In this document: one piece after another, positions 28,479 to 48,175 of the stretch
Position numbering within the stretch: the first letter of the stretch is position 1
Layout of the letters: every line of letters begins with the position of its first letter
Assembly (NCBI RefSeq): GCF_009914755.1
Contig: NC_060929.1
DNA length: 64,000 bases
Reading direction: 5' to 3' (one strand)
Source: the human T2T-CHM13v2.0 reference genome, Homo sapiens
Position numbers and translations under genes: made by a program
Notes under the pieces: model-generated
The model's input: only the letters and a program-made list of their open reading frames with translations
Told to the model about the DNA's origin: nothing
Database searches by the model: none

Positions 28479-29819
28479 TAATATGAAGGGATGTTGAATT
28501 TTATCAAAAGCCTTTTCTGCATCTATTGATATGATCATGTGGTTTTTGTCTTTAGTTCTGTTTATGCAATGAATCACATTTATTGATTTGCATATGTTGA
28601 ACCAGCCTTGCATCCTGAGGATGAAGCCTACTTCATCATGGTGGACAAGCTTTTTGATATGCTGCTGGATTTGGTGTGCTAATATTTTGTTGAGGATTTT
28701 TACATCAATGTTAACCAAGGATATTGGCCTGAAGTTTTCTTTTTTGTTGTGTCTCTGCGAGGTTTTGGTATTAGGATGCAGACAACATGATTCTACGTCT
28801 GGAAAACCCCATATTCTCGGCCCCAAAGCTTCTTAAGCTGATAAACAACTTCAGCAAAGTTTCAGGATACAAAATCAACATACAAAAAAAATCACTAGCA
28901 TTCTTATACACCAGCAACAGCCAAACCAGGAACCAAATCAAAACTCAATTCCATTCACAATCACCACACACACACACTCCTAGAAATACAGCTAACCAGG
29001 AAAGTGAAAGATCTCTACAAGGAGAATTATACAACACTGCTCAAAGAAATTAGAGATGATACAAACAAATGGGAAAACATTTCATACTCATAGATAGAAA
29101 AATTGCCCAAAGCAATTTATAGATTCAATGCTATTCCTATCAAACCACTAATGATATTCTTCACAGAAATATAAAAAACTATTTCAAAGTTTATATAGAA
29201 CCAAAAAGGATCCCAAATGGCCAAGACAATTCTAAGCAAAAAGAACAAAGTTGGAAACATCACACTACCCAACTTCAAACTACACTACAGGGCTATAGTA
29301 ACCAAAACAGCATGGTACTGGTATAAAAAAAGACACATAGGCCAATGAAACAGAATAGAGGATCTAGAAATAAGGCCACATACCTATGATCATCTGATCT
29401 TCAACAAAGCTGACAAAAACAAGCAATGGAGAAAGGACTTCCTATTCAATAAATGGTGCTGAGATAACGGGCTAGCCATATGTAGAAGATTGAAACTGGA
29501 TCTCTTTCTTACACCATATACAAAATCAACTCAGGGTGGATTAAAGAATTAAATGAAAACCCAAAACTATAAAAACTCTGGAAGGCAACCTAGGTAATAC
29601 CATTTTGAACATAGGAACTGGCAAAGATATCGTGATGAAGACGCCAAAAACAATTGCAACAAAAGCAAAAATTGACAAATGGGATCTAATTAAACCAAAA
29701 AGCTTGTGCATGGCAGAAGAAACTATCAACAAGAGTAAACAGCCTACAGAAGAGGAGAAAATATTTGCAAACTATACACGTGACAAAGGTCTACTATCCA
29801 GCATCTATAAGAAACTTAA

Positions 29820-30908
<1,089 letters not shown>

Positions 30909-32292
30909 GCTCGATATTACTGATCATTAAAGAAATGCAAATCAAAACCACAATGAGATACCATATCGTATCAGTCAGAATGGCTATTATTAAAAAATAA
31001 AAAAATAACAGATGGTGGCGAGGTTTTGGAGAAAAAGGAATGCTTATACACCGTTGGCAGGAGTGTAAATTAGTTCAACCATTGTGGAAGACAGTGTGGT
31101 GATTTCTCAAAGATATAAATACAGAAATACCATTCCACCCTGCAATCCCATTACTGGGTATATACCCAAAGGAAAATAAATTGTTGTTATAAAGACACAG
31201 GCACAGGTATGTTTATTGCAGCACTATTCACAGTAGCAAAGAAAAAAAAAAGACTCCAGGAGGCGTCCCTGGGAGACTTTCTCCAGCCTCATAGCCCATC
31301 TTGCGCCCAAGTGACAGCACGTGGCTTTCCTTTTGTGAGGGGAGCCCATGGGATTCACTCCCTTTTCCTATTTCCTCCGGGGTGAAGCCTCATGTGTCGG
31401 GACAATGTGGGATCAGGGACTGTCTGGGTGACCCTGGCGAGCCTCTCCTCACGGAGTTCTAGCGGCCATCAGGGAAAGGGGAGCACGCCCAGGGCGGCCG
31501 CCCCCAGGGGTGTTTGGATACAGGCCAGGAGCAGGCTGCTCTGTGATGGTGGGGCGGGGGGTGATAAGACTCCCCTGAGAGGCTCCCTTCGGTGCTGGAA
31601 AGATGGGACATGGGGAACCGCCTCCTGCCTGGACCTGTTGATGCCCAGAGCCACTCCCCTGGGTCCTCATCGCTCCTTCCAGGCAGTGAGGATGTGGGTT
31701 TCCAGGGGAATCCAGGCCTTTAGGGAGAGTGGGAATCTGACTTTGATCTTGCAGCTCCGCATTTTTCCTGCACATTTGCTGATTAGTTTATGCCTGTCAG
31801 GGGCCTCAGGGCCAGTGCTAAGTCCCAGGGTCTTAGGGTAGGAAAGATGATTCCCCAGATTTCCTGCAGGCATTTGAGCATGGTGGAAGGATCAGTGGAG
31901 CCTCCAGTGAAACTTGGCAGATTGCGCACTTCATTTATTTTCACTCTCCCAGGATCCTTCCCAAATTATCATAAATAAACAGAGAATTCTGAAACCTACA
32001 AAGAAAAATACAGCAAAAGAACAATGAATCAGTTTCAAAGCCTAGGCAGAGAGGCCGTAGGGTGACTGACAGCAGCCCCTGTGGGACTGGAGAGCAGACG
32101 GTTTGGTGGAAACAGCGCCCAGTTCCACAGAGGGAAATTGAGGAGAAGCAAAGTGACTGACCCAGCAGAGCCGGGCCCCAGACCCCCACCCCAGCCTGTG
32201 GGAACTGCAGGTGTGATCTGGGAACACACTGTTCTGTCCCTTCTATTTTTCTCTTCATATAAGCTCTGGTTCTAGAAACAACTCACCTGCAG

Positions 32293-32294
<2 letters not shown>

Positions 32295-32352
<58 letters not shown>

Positions 32353-32384
32353 GACACAGAGCACGTGGGAGCTCATTTCTCCCC

Positions 32385-32424
<40 letters not shown>

Positions 32425-32458
32425 CAGACACAGAGCACGTGGGAGCTCATTTCTCCCT

Positions 32459-32495
<37 letters not shown>

Positions 32496-32530
32496 ACACA
32501 GAGCACGTGGGAGCTCATTTCTCCCTGGGG

Positions 32531-32566
<36 letters not shown>

Positions 32567-32659
32567 CACAGAGCACGTGGGAGCGCATTTCTCCCTGGGT
32601 GTGTGTGTGTGTGTGTGTGTGTGTGGAGACACAGAGCACGTGGGAGCGCATTTCTCCCT

Positions 32660-32696
<37 letters not shown>

Positions 32697-32791
32697 AGAC
32701 ACAGAGCACGTGCGAGCTCATTTCTCCCTGAGTGTGTGTGTGTGTGTGTGTGTGAGAGAGACACAGAGCACGTGCGAGCTCATTTCTCCCT

Positions 32792-32829
<38 letters not shown>

Positions 32830-32974
32830 AGACACAGAGCACGTGGGAGCGCATTTCTCCCTGTGTGTGTGTGTGTGTGTGTGTGTGTGACACACAGAGC
32901 GCGTGGGAGCGCATTTCTCCCTGGGTGTGTGTGTGTGTGACACACAGAGCACGTGGGAGCGCATTTCTCCCTGG

Positions 32975-33018
<44 letters not shown>

Positions 33019-33104
33019 CACAGAGCACGTGCGAGCTCATTTCTCCCTGGGTGTGTGTGTGTGTGTGAGAGAGACACAGAGCACGTGCGAGCTCATTTCT
33101 CCCT

Positions 33105-33140
<36 letters not shown>

Positions 33141-33173
33141 AGACACAGAGCACGTGGGAGCGCATTTCTCCCT

Positions 33174-33211
<38 letters not shown>

Positions 33212-33473
33212 CACAGAGCACGTGCGAGCTCATTTCTCCCTGGGTGTGTGTGTGTGTGTGTGTGTGTGTGGAGACAGAGCACGTGGGAGCGCATTTCTCC
33301 GTGTGTGTGTGTGTGTGTGTGTGACACACAGAGCACGTGGGAGCGCATTTCTCCCTGGGTGTGTGTGTGTGTGTGTGTGTGACACACAGAGCACGTGGGA
33401 GCGCATTTCTCCCTGGGTGTGTGTGTGTGTGTGTGTGTGTGTGAGACACAGAGCACGTGGGAGCGCATTTCTC

Positions 33474-33508
<35 letters not shown>

Positions 33509-33540
33509 CACACAGAGCGCGTGGGAGCGCATTTCTCCCC
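32295..33540. repeat. Compound VNTR: 19 units of (GT)n plus a ~36-bp core
   Basis: Core gagacacagagcacgtgggagcgcatttctccctgg separated by variable GT tracts. Confidence 0.97.
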
Positions 33541-33880
33541 GGCTCCAGATGGCGGCGAGGAAAAGCGAGATCGCACAGGATCCAGGTTCTTTGAGGCCTG
33601 ATGCCCATTGTCCCACCCTCAGCCTTGGCCTGTCCCCAGCTTGCTGCTGCCTCAAACTACAGGCTTCCAAGCACTTACTGGAGCCATTTTTTCTCACGTA
33701 GCCCTCCAACTGTTAGTCAGGGTTAGCCAGGCTCTGTCCGCCCCCAGCCAATCAGACAGTCAGTTTCCCCAGCCAGCGGGGAGTTTCTGGTTTGCCAAGA
33801 CTCAGAGGCTGGTGGAAGCCAGACTGGGAAGGGGGTGGCTCTCCTGGCTGAGCGGGGGAGAGAGATGGGGCGGGCTGTCT
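33541..33880. promoter_or_regulatory. Candidate promoter (YY1-like, GC box, NF-Y CCAAT)
   Basis: CAGATGGCGGCG at ~33546-33557, CCGCCCC at 33738-33744, AGCCAATCAG at 33746-33755, GGGGCGGG at ~33868. Confidence 0.45.
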
Positions 33881-34489
33881 TAGAGGAGGAGGCCAGAGTC
33901 TCTGACGAGTAGGGAGCCAGCCGTGCCGGGACTGGGCAGAGCGTGTTCACAGCACAGGTGGATGCAAGTGCAGAGCCCTGAGGGTGAAAGGCAGGGCTGC
34001 GGTGGGGCTTAGAGAGGAGAACAAGGGGTGGAGAGAAGTGGGGCAGAGTGGCTAGCCGCCCAGTCGGACCAGGCCTCATGGACTCTGGTGGCCACTTCAG
34101 ATTCTCTTTTGGCTGCAGGTTTTAATCCCAACAGCAGTGCAACCTGGTCACACTTGAGAAACATGGGCAGCTGCCGTGGCAAGCACAAGTTGAAGCGGAT
34201 GGACGTTAGTGGGCTTTGCTGTGGTGGGAGTGGGCATGATGACGGCATGGGCTGGGCATGGTGGGAAGGCTGGAGAGAAGCGGGAAGACTGGGTGCGTGA
34301 AGTGACCTCACCTGCCCACAACTCGCTGAGGTCACGGCAGGTGTGTGAGGAGGAATGGAGTATAGGAACTCCCGGGTCTTGGCCTGTGCAGCGGGTAGCG
34401 GGGGTGTCATGGGGACAGCCGCGGATAATGAGGGAGGGGCTCGGTGGACCCCTTGCTAGGTGGGGCCAGGCTCTGGCCCTCTTGTGCAT

Positions 34490-34780
34490 CGCTTTTTGTA
34501 CATCACGGTGTGGGCAGTGCTGTCCTGGGGCAATGTGGATCCATTATTCACTGCAGCACGGCACTACTGTTATCTTCTTATTTATTTGTTTAGTTATTGT
34601 TTATCCCCCAAATAGAATGAATGGCTTGCTGAAGTATCCCTTGTGCCTAGAACAACATTGGCACAGGGCAGGGGCTCGATGGATATTTGCTGAATGGACG
34701 GATAAAAGGATGGATGGTGGACACATGGATGGTGGATGGATGGCCGAATGAATGGATGGATGGATGGTGGATAGATGGCT
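34490..34780 (+). mobile_element. L2 3' end followed by (TGGA)n
   Basis: gtgcctagaacaacattggcacag...atatttgctgaatgga, then tgga repeats. Confidence 0.7.
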
Positions 34781-37700
34781 CTGACGGGGGAATGGGAAGT
34801 TTGATACGTTGCTTCAGAGCCCAGAGAGGTTGGGGGGGTGGGGGTAGGAGCAGCGGCCCTGCCATCCTTCCCTCCCTGAACCACCTGACCCTCACAGCCC
34901 GTCTCAAATGGGCAAGGGGTTCAGGCATCCAGGGAGACGCACAGCTGCTGCCACACCAGGGCTCAGCAGTCTAGTCTTCTGCCCACCACACCGTCTCTCC
35001 TGCCTGCAACACCACTCTCCCTCCCACCCCCAGGGCACGGGACCTCCCCTGGGATCTGACCCCTCACCTCCAACGTGGTCCCCAGAGGGCAGGAAGGAGT
35101 GCCTGGGACATTTTGCATAGCCTCCAAGGAAGCAGCAGCCAGGAGGCGCCACAGACCTGAGGTTTTGCAGAGGCGGGACAGCTGCCAGCACCCAGGGCCC
35201 CGCCCTGGCGACACGGAGGTGCTGCGGCCAAGAGGGTTCCCCTTTGGGTTCACTGCTGCTGCCCACCACCCGGATCTGGGACGGCAAGGCTGCTGGGGAC
35301 ACTTAGCTTAGCTGGGACAATGTCTCAGGAAGCAGGAAACAGTTGGATCTGCATAGTGGTGGCTGTGGAAAGTCAGCACACAAGGGAAGTCCCCTGCCCA
35401 TCAGTGTGTAGAAGGAGGTCCTGTGTCCAGTCACGGCTTTCAGGACCAAAGGCTTCCGCAGGGGCCCCAGGCCAGGGCTGCTCTGACCCTCCCATTCCTT
35501 TCCCCTCCAACCCCCTCCAGTGTACAAAACGCAGCGCCTGCAGGTGTGCTCAGAAGAGGAACTCCGCAGAGTGGAGCTAAGTCTCCGACATGGGAGAGAG
35601 GGAGAGGATCCCCTCTAGAAACCTGGCCTGGGCTCACATGATCCTGTCCTGGTATGTCCCAGTGTCCAGCAGGAACTTCTTGGGTCCAAGACAAATCTCC
35701 AGCTTCTGGCTCCCTGCTGGGCACTCGGTAGGTGCCTGATAAATATTTGCAGGATTCTGTAAGAATCAGAATTCCAGTTGTGCTATCTGAGGAGTCCGAC
35801 AGAAAAGCAGAAGAGGTTATACCAGTGGAGGGAAGGTGGTCTTGGGGTCTGAACAGTTCGTCCACTGCTGCTCAGGTAGGTGGTTTCACCCAGGGTCAGT
35901 TTTGTCTTCTGGAGATAGGCCAGGTGACCTGACTTCCTTCACCCTGGGGCACCTATCCCTTCCCTGCAACTGGAGAGCCGGTGTGGTCAGGAGCTGGCTG
36001 TCAGCACCCCAACCCCTTTCGCCTTGCCAGCACTTAGGCCTCAGGCCCTGGTTCTTGGCGTGCCTTGTGTCCTCCTTTCCCTGGGGCAACATGGGCCCAT
36101 CACACTGTAGAAAATGCTGGATTCTCCCATAGGTAACCTGTCTACTAGACAAAATACAGTGACTACCTATGTCCCATTCAGAGGAACAAGGACGCCAGGG
36201 CTCAGGTGACTCAGGAGTCCTGCAACCAAATTTGATTGGTCCCTAAGCCCCAAAGCCTTCAGCCATATAGCTTGCTAGCCATATACAGATACTGATGACC
36301 CCCCCAAACACACAGTCATTCTCTTCCCAACCTCCCCGACATCCACATAACCTGGGCAATGGCCACTCTGTGCAACTGACTCCTACCCCTCCTCCACCTT
36401 GGGCTGCTTGTAGGGTGCCATTACGGCAGTAAGGCGCTCCCTGGGCATCCAGATGCTGGTTGTGAGGGGGTGAATTGAGGGGCAGGCTGGAGGGAGGGGT
36501 GATCTTGGTGGGGTGGGAACTTGGAAGACTTCCAGGCTAATTTTGCCCACATTCAAAAGAGGAGTCTTAGAGAGCCTCTTTAGTTCAGCTTCTTCTTCCA
36601 GCTAATAGGAGAGAGTGTGCGTGCTCCAATTTCGGGGGAGAGGTTCAGATAATTTCAATAAAACCTGGAAAAAGCCATTGTAATGCCCACACAGCACAGT
36701 CTTAGAGCAGGCAGAGCCCCTGCTGTGAGGCCAGTCTTGGAGAGCCGTGGGCCTCCTGCAGTAGCGCCTCTCTGGAGGAGCGGGGCGAGTAGTTCCGGGA
36801 GCATAGTGGGTAGTTCTCAGGGTCCAGGGCATGTGCCACCCGGAGTCGCAGCCCCTTCTCCCACTTCTAGCCCAGGGTCCCAGTACTGGGATTCCCTGAC
36901 CGAATGGCACCCATCCTGCTATTCCCGGATTCCATCTTGCCAAGGGCAGGCCGAGCCTTAGGCCCCAGGAAGCCAAGTGGGGGCACCATTTGCGGAGGTG
37001 GGGGGTGTAGACCGCTCCAGGACTGGCAAGTGGCGTCCACTCTCCAGCTGGGAGAGCCCTCTCCTGGTACCAGAGGGAGCCGAGCTGGGTAGAGACGCAG
37101 GACAGGCAGTGGGCCGGGCTTTTCACTTGTCCTCTCCGATCTTGGGAGCCAGGCGCCCGTTTCTGGAAGAAAAACCAAAGCTGGACTGGGAAGGACTCTT
37201 GTGGAGACCCGGACGTCAGGCGTGGCGCGTTGGGGAAGCAGCTCCACGGGGACCCAGGAGGCGCCGGCCGGGTTGAGCCGGGTTGGTTCCGACCCAAGAG
37301 AGCTCGTCCCACGACGGAGCAGGTCCCTTTGCATCCCGCGGGGCCGCCAGGTGCAATTTTCGCTGGGCCGACGGCGCGGAGATGGGCCAGAGTCCGGCCA
37401 TCCAGAAGTGCCTGGAGCGCACAGCAAGGCCCTGCCCTCGGCTCCGTGAAGGTGAGGGGGTAAAGTCGGCCCGGAGTCCCCGGGGGTGCAGGAGGGGCCC
37501 CGCGGGTTCCAGCAGACCCTCGACGGAACGTTCCAGGCAGGCGAGATCTCGCACAGAATCTGCCCTTTTAAAGGCTCGGCTTTGTCCTCGTTAAACTTGC
37601 GTCTGGCAACGCGACCGCTGCGGCTCCCGAGCAAGATTAGAGGGTTTCCGCTCGCAGGGGCGCGCCGGGGGACCGCGCCTCCCCGCCTGGTCTCGGCGCC

Positions 37701-38065
37701 CCGGCCCAGGGGTCTTCAGTGGTGAGGGACGCCCAGATCGCTGCATCCCCTGGAGCTCTGCGCCCGGCCGAGCCACTCAGAGCTCCCGCCCCGCACACCC
37801 ACTTCGAGCTCCAAGTCCTTCCTTTTCTATACTCCAAGTTGGATCCTGCTGGGAAGGAAGGGCCCTTCCTGAGAGACCAGGGATTGCGATTTCCCAGCAC
37901 AAAGTCGAATTCATGACTTCAGCTTCAACGGGGCTGCATTCTCCCCTTGGCAGGAATGGGATGGAGCGAGGGTGAAGCTGCTGGAAAGACACTCGTTTTA
38001 TTTTTTTAATCGTAAACGGGGCAACTTCCAACTCTGCCAGTTTTAAGCTTCTAGAGTATCTCCTC

Positions 38066-38681
<616 letters not shown>

Positions 38682-38685
38682 TCAG

Positions 38686-38832
38686 GGGCGAGTGTGGGCA
38701 GGGCGAGTGTGGGCAGGGCGAGTGTGGGCACGGCGAGTGTGGGCAGGGCGAGTGTGGGCAGGGCGAGTGTGGGCAGGGCGTGTGGGCACGGCAAGTGTGG
38801 GCACGGCGAGTGTGGGCACGGCGAGTGTGGGA
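38686..38832. repeat. 15-bp G-rich minisatellite, ~10 copies
   Basis: Unit gggcgagtgtgggca. Confidence 0.95.
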
Positions 38833-39686
38833 GACCCTAGGTCTGCGCCACCGCCGGCGTGAGCCTGAAAAGCTGCTGGGAGAACCAGCTCCGAAACAGA
38901 GTGCCCGGAAGAGATTGTGACACCTATGGAAATTTAATGAATTGATAAAGGGATCGATTCGATTCAATGTGAGAATGTTAGTTTATTTAATAAATAGTGC
39001 TGGTATAGTTGTCGATCTAGAAGAAACTCAATCCTCTGGTTTTCGGTATACACAAAATTGGTTCTGGATTTATTATAGGTTTTTTGTTTTGCTTTACTTT
39101 TAGTCAAATCGTTGAAGAAATATTATGGGGCATTTTTCTAGGCTTTATTATTAACTATTATTATTCGATGAGACAACATCCTAAACTACACTTTTTGGCA
39201 AGCTACTCAGGCAGTATCTCTTACCATTTTAAATAAACATAACGTTTAACACAGCAATCCTAACTTGGGACAGCTATCCCACAAAAACAAAAGCACCTGG
39301 ATAAGAGGAAACTGTAGGGGAAAGTGTTTTGATGGAAACCGGCATGAGGGCCCTCCTTTCCGGTTTTGATTCTATCGGGTCTCTGAGGCCTTCCGGGCTT
39401 TTGGGCTATTTTACAACATTGTAGCTGATTGCAATGCAAAAATAGCCCGGCCCCTAGACAGGTACGTGAATTCTGTTCCGTGGAGATTCGGTTGATTACG
39501 CTCCCCAACTGTGGAAGAGGCCAGCTGTGTGTCCATTTACACGTTCACTTTGCTATTCATCTATAAATGTGTCTGTTCTTTGGATTGTCCTTGGTTTAAA
39601 CATCTTCATTATTGCCTCAATAATGAATTAAGATATTTAGTACACAATTATTTTGCATCTCTGAGTCATGATTTTACCTTTAATAA

Positions 39687-40134
<448 letters not shown>

Positions 40135-40320
40135 CAGGATCCCATTTTCAATTTTAAAAAGGAAAAAGCCATTAGCCTGGGCTATATAACAAACACAAAG
40201 CCACCCAGATAGCACTGAGTACCCCTCGGTTCAGATCCTGTGTTACACTGTGCTTTCCACTTCTAAGACATGCTGTCATTTGTGTGCCTGTCTTCCGAGT
40301 TTACTTCCTGTGTATGCACT

Positions 40321-41034
<714 letters not shown>

Positions 41035-41169
41035 GCGCTCTAACATACGCCATGCAAAAGTAAACATATAATCATTTTTAAACCTTTACATAATGTTTAT
41101 TTTGCACATTTAAACACTTTATATAAAGGGTATGATATATGGAAGTTGTTTTTTAAATAAAAATTCTGA

Positions 41170-41473
41170 TCAGGCGCAGTGGCTCATGCCTGTAATTGCA
41201 GCACTTTGGGAGGCTAAGGCAGGTAGATCATTTGAGAACAGGAGTTCGAGACCAGACTGGCCAACATGGTGAAACCCATCTCTTCTAAAAAAAAAAAAAA
41301 AAAAAATACAAAAATTAGCTGGGTATGGTAGCATGCACCTGTAGTGCCAGCTACTCTGGAGGCTAAGAGAATTGCTTGAACCTGGGAGGCGGAGGTTGCA
41401 GTGAGCCGAGATCTCACCATTGCACTCCAGCCTGGGCAACAGACCAAGACTCGGTCTCAAAAAAAAAAAAAAA
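41170..41473 (+). mobile_element. AluS
   Basis: Full dimer with an expanded middle A-tract. Confidence 0.92.
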
Positions 41474-41668
41474 TGTTTTTTTTAAATTCCTGAAGGACAT
41501 AACAGAAGTCTGGAAGAAACGACAAGACACACCTTGTGTTTGGATAAGAAAATTAAATATTTTAAAGGTATTGATAATTCTTACATTTCAATCATTAAAA
41601 GACTGTAGTGCTGGAACTGGAATAGAGAAACTGATTGATGAAAAAGAATGAGGAGTCCACAGCTGTCC

Positions 41669-41802
41669 CATATATATATATATACACATCGGTATATATA
41701 TATATACACATCTGTATATATATATATACATCTGTATATATATACACATCTGTATATATATATATACATCTGTATATATATACACATCTGTATATATATA
41801 TG
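41669..41802. repeat. (TA)n interrupted by cacatctg
   Basis: tatatatacacatctg repeated ~6 times. Confidence 0.92.
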
Positions 41803-42226
41803 AGAACTCAGTATATGAAAAATTATGATTTTACAAATCAATAGGGTGAAGTTTGACGATTAAGTAAATAACAATGGAATAACTAATTAGCTGATTGAGG
41901 GAAATTGCATGACTATTTTGCTGCACATAGCAAAATAAATTTCAGGTGATTCAAGTTGTAGCCTTTTGATCCAAATAATAAAGAAAACATAGATCAAACC
42001 ACTAAAAACAGATTTCTCACCCGGGGCTCTTCATCTGAACCACACAACACAGAAAATGAACTGAGTGACTAATTTCTAAAACATCTACCAGTTCTACAAA
42101 ACTGGTGTCATTCTAGATGTTTCAGACAGAAGTTAATGCCTTACATACAACAGGTGTCGGAAATTCGTGTTAATTCTCTCAGGAAAACTTCACTGCGAAA
42201 GGCTAAAAGACAAATAACCAACTTTA

Positions 42227-42577
<351 letters not shown>

Positions 42578-42998
42578 CTAATCCACAAAGCTCTCAGACG
42601 CTAATAAAAGATGACTATATCAATATACAAATACACAACACAGAGGCAATGCAGAAAAGAAAAATGTAAATTGCCAATAAACATGAAACTTTTAACTCTC
42701 ACTAGCAATTAATGAACATTTTAAAATAAGCAAACAAGAAGACATCACTCTCAGTTAACAAATTGTCAAAAATGGTACAGGTTAACAAGGAGGTGCTGAA
42801 ACCAATACTCAGGTTCTTTTGGTGGAATTCAAACCAGTGTAATTTTTCTAGAAGGCAGTCTGGCTCAAGGAGATAATTAGGTAGGAGTGCAATTGTGTAA
42901 TACAGGGGTTGTGATTCCAGACTTTTTAATAATATATATAAAAAACTACTCACAACTTGAGTATCCATCACTAAAGGCCCGTTTAAAGATTATTCTAT

Positions 42999-43733
<735 letters not shown>

Positions 43734-43941
43734 CTACCCCTTGCCCTGCTTCTGCAGGAGGTAACCCTGCTGAGGGTCGGGGAGCAGGGCTGCAGGCACA
43801 GGGAAACTTCCTTCCCACTAAATGGGTAGCAGGGATGGGACAGGGAAGAGGAGTTGGAAGAGAGGAGAGAGATGAAAGAGGGAGGGGAAAAAAACCAAGA
43901 ATAAAAATCATATCTAGAGGCACATGAAAAAATAAAAATTA

Positions 43942-44377
<436 letters not shown>

Positions 44378-44797
44378 CTAGGCTCCATGCTGTTTCTTTT
44401 GAGAGGGTTCAGACCAAGGCGTTTCCCAGACGAGGCAGGTCCCTTCCTGGGAATGACCCCTCATCAGCCTCAGACGGTTTCGTCTTAGAAAAGTTTGCCC
44501 TAAATCAAATGGTTTCTTCTCTATCAGAAACCACATATGTTAAAATGTGCCGCTGATTTAAAAGTTGAAGGCAGATGTTGAAGACTTCTACAGGCAAAAC
44601 TAATCAAATCTGATTGATGTGTTTTTTATAAGACATTGGAGAGCATTCCTTGATGTTGAGATTTGCACAGGTTTGTTGGAAGTGGGATAGACTAGAGTTA
44701 AGGGAACCTATGCGACAATAAGTCAGAAAATACGGGGTCAGAAAAAGCCAAGTGTCTGCTGGAATGGAAAGGAGGGGACACTCTGAAGAGATATTTC

Positions 44798-45193
<396 letters not shown>

Positions 45194-45575
45194 TTAAGTC
45201 AGAAGCCTTACTGAAATCAGCCAGAAAGAGCTGGGATCTTCTTCAATCGTGATCTCAATTAATGAAGGCCCTCACCTCCTAGCCCTTCAATCATCTCCAC
45301 TCACCAGCAACTGTCTTCATCAATATCACCCTTCAGCAGGCAGCTCCACCGAGGCATCTTGCCCTGTCTCTTCCAGTAGCTCACCTCCCCAGACTTCCTC
45401 CACTAATCACCCCAGTGAGAATTCACCATGATCTCCCATTTTTAAATTTCTAATCGCTGAGCTGACCCTCACCATGCATCTGCTTCACCCATAGATGGAA
45501 AGGAAGCCACCCCATTTTCTTGTCTTTTCACGAGGGCCGCAGGCTGGGGATCACCTTGGTGGTACTTGTTTGACC

Positions 45576-46148
<573 letters not shown>

Positions 46149-46432
46149 TCAGCTTCCACCAAGGAGATAAATATGGTGACAATGACATTTCCCTTCCCCA
46201 GAGAATGGGAAATTTCCCCTAGGGTTAAGTTTAACGATTAAGACTGTAGATAAATGTAATTGCTATAGACAAGCTTGAATTTAGGGTAGGGTTTACACTT
46301 AAGGCTAACCAACCCTGGGGTTAGGATTGAGGGAGCATTTGGCTCATTGAGTTTCAAGGCTATGGTTAGGGACAAGCTTCTGTAAGAATATGGACAGTTA
46401 GGATTGAACTTCTGTTGGAATTGGCATCACTA

Positions 46433-46734
<302 letters not shown>

Positions 46735-46886
46735 GGAATTGGCATCACTATTAAATATTGAGGGTAGGTGTTGAAATTCAAGTTAGATTAGCTTATAGCT
46801 AGGGTTAAACTCAAGTGATATGATATTCTCAATGCAGTTGCTCTGATGCTGGTGGTGAGATGAGGCCTGTGTCTGGTGACCATTTA

Positions 46887-47606
<720 letters not shown>

Positions 47607-48120
47607 CCTGCCCCACCGGGAATCTTTTAGCTGCCATAGCCTGGTTCCTGCACCCTGCTCAGCCTCGGCCCCTGGTTGCCTCTGAGTCTCTGACACCAGG
47701 CTGTGCTGTCTACACAGGGCACACCCTCAGACTCATTCCTGGCCCTGGCACTCATGCACTGTCTACCTGGCAACTCTACTGTCTGCCCACTTCCTATTGC
47801 ACCGCCAGACACATACCCCTCCATGTACGTTCACCCTTCTGGACACACACGACCACCTGGGGCTCACCCTGTGGGTCTGCTGTGTGCACCTGCACCCTAA
47901 CAATCGTCCCAGCTGTCTACGGAAGACCCTAGTGCTTGTCCCCTGCTGGCGAGGCTCCTGTTCAACCTGTGCCTTCTTCAGACTGCTGCCATCTCCCGCA
48001 CCCCTCACCTGGGAAGATGGGCACCCCCCTCTTCCGCTCAGACACACCCTCCCCTACTTACTTTTCATCTCCTCCCTACCCCTGCCCTGGCCCAGCCACC
48101 AGGCTGCAGGAACTTGAGCT

Positions 48121-48175
48121 CGTGGGAAAGGCTTGCCTTCCTCCCCACAGGCTCCCTAAGCCCCCACACTAATTA
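48121..48175. promoter_or_regulatory. PROP1 intron-1 enhancer candidate: RBPJ site and homeodomain palindrome
   Basis: CGTGGGAA at 48121-48128 and TAATTA at 48170-48175; Notch/RBPJ control of Prop1 through intron 1 is known in mouse. Confidence 0.6.

Noticed and set aside
32295-33540. CRISPR-like repeat-spacer array; poly-CV/poly-HT ORFs
   Set aside because: Spacers are just (GT)n, there are no cas genes and the DNA is human; the ORFs are microsatellite artefacts.
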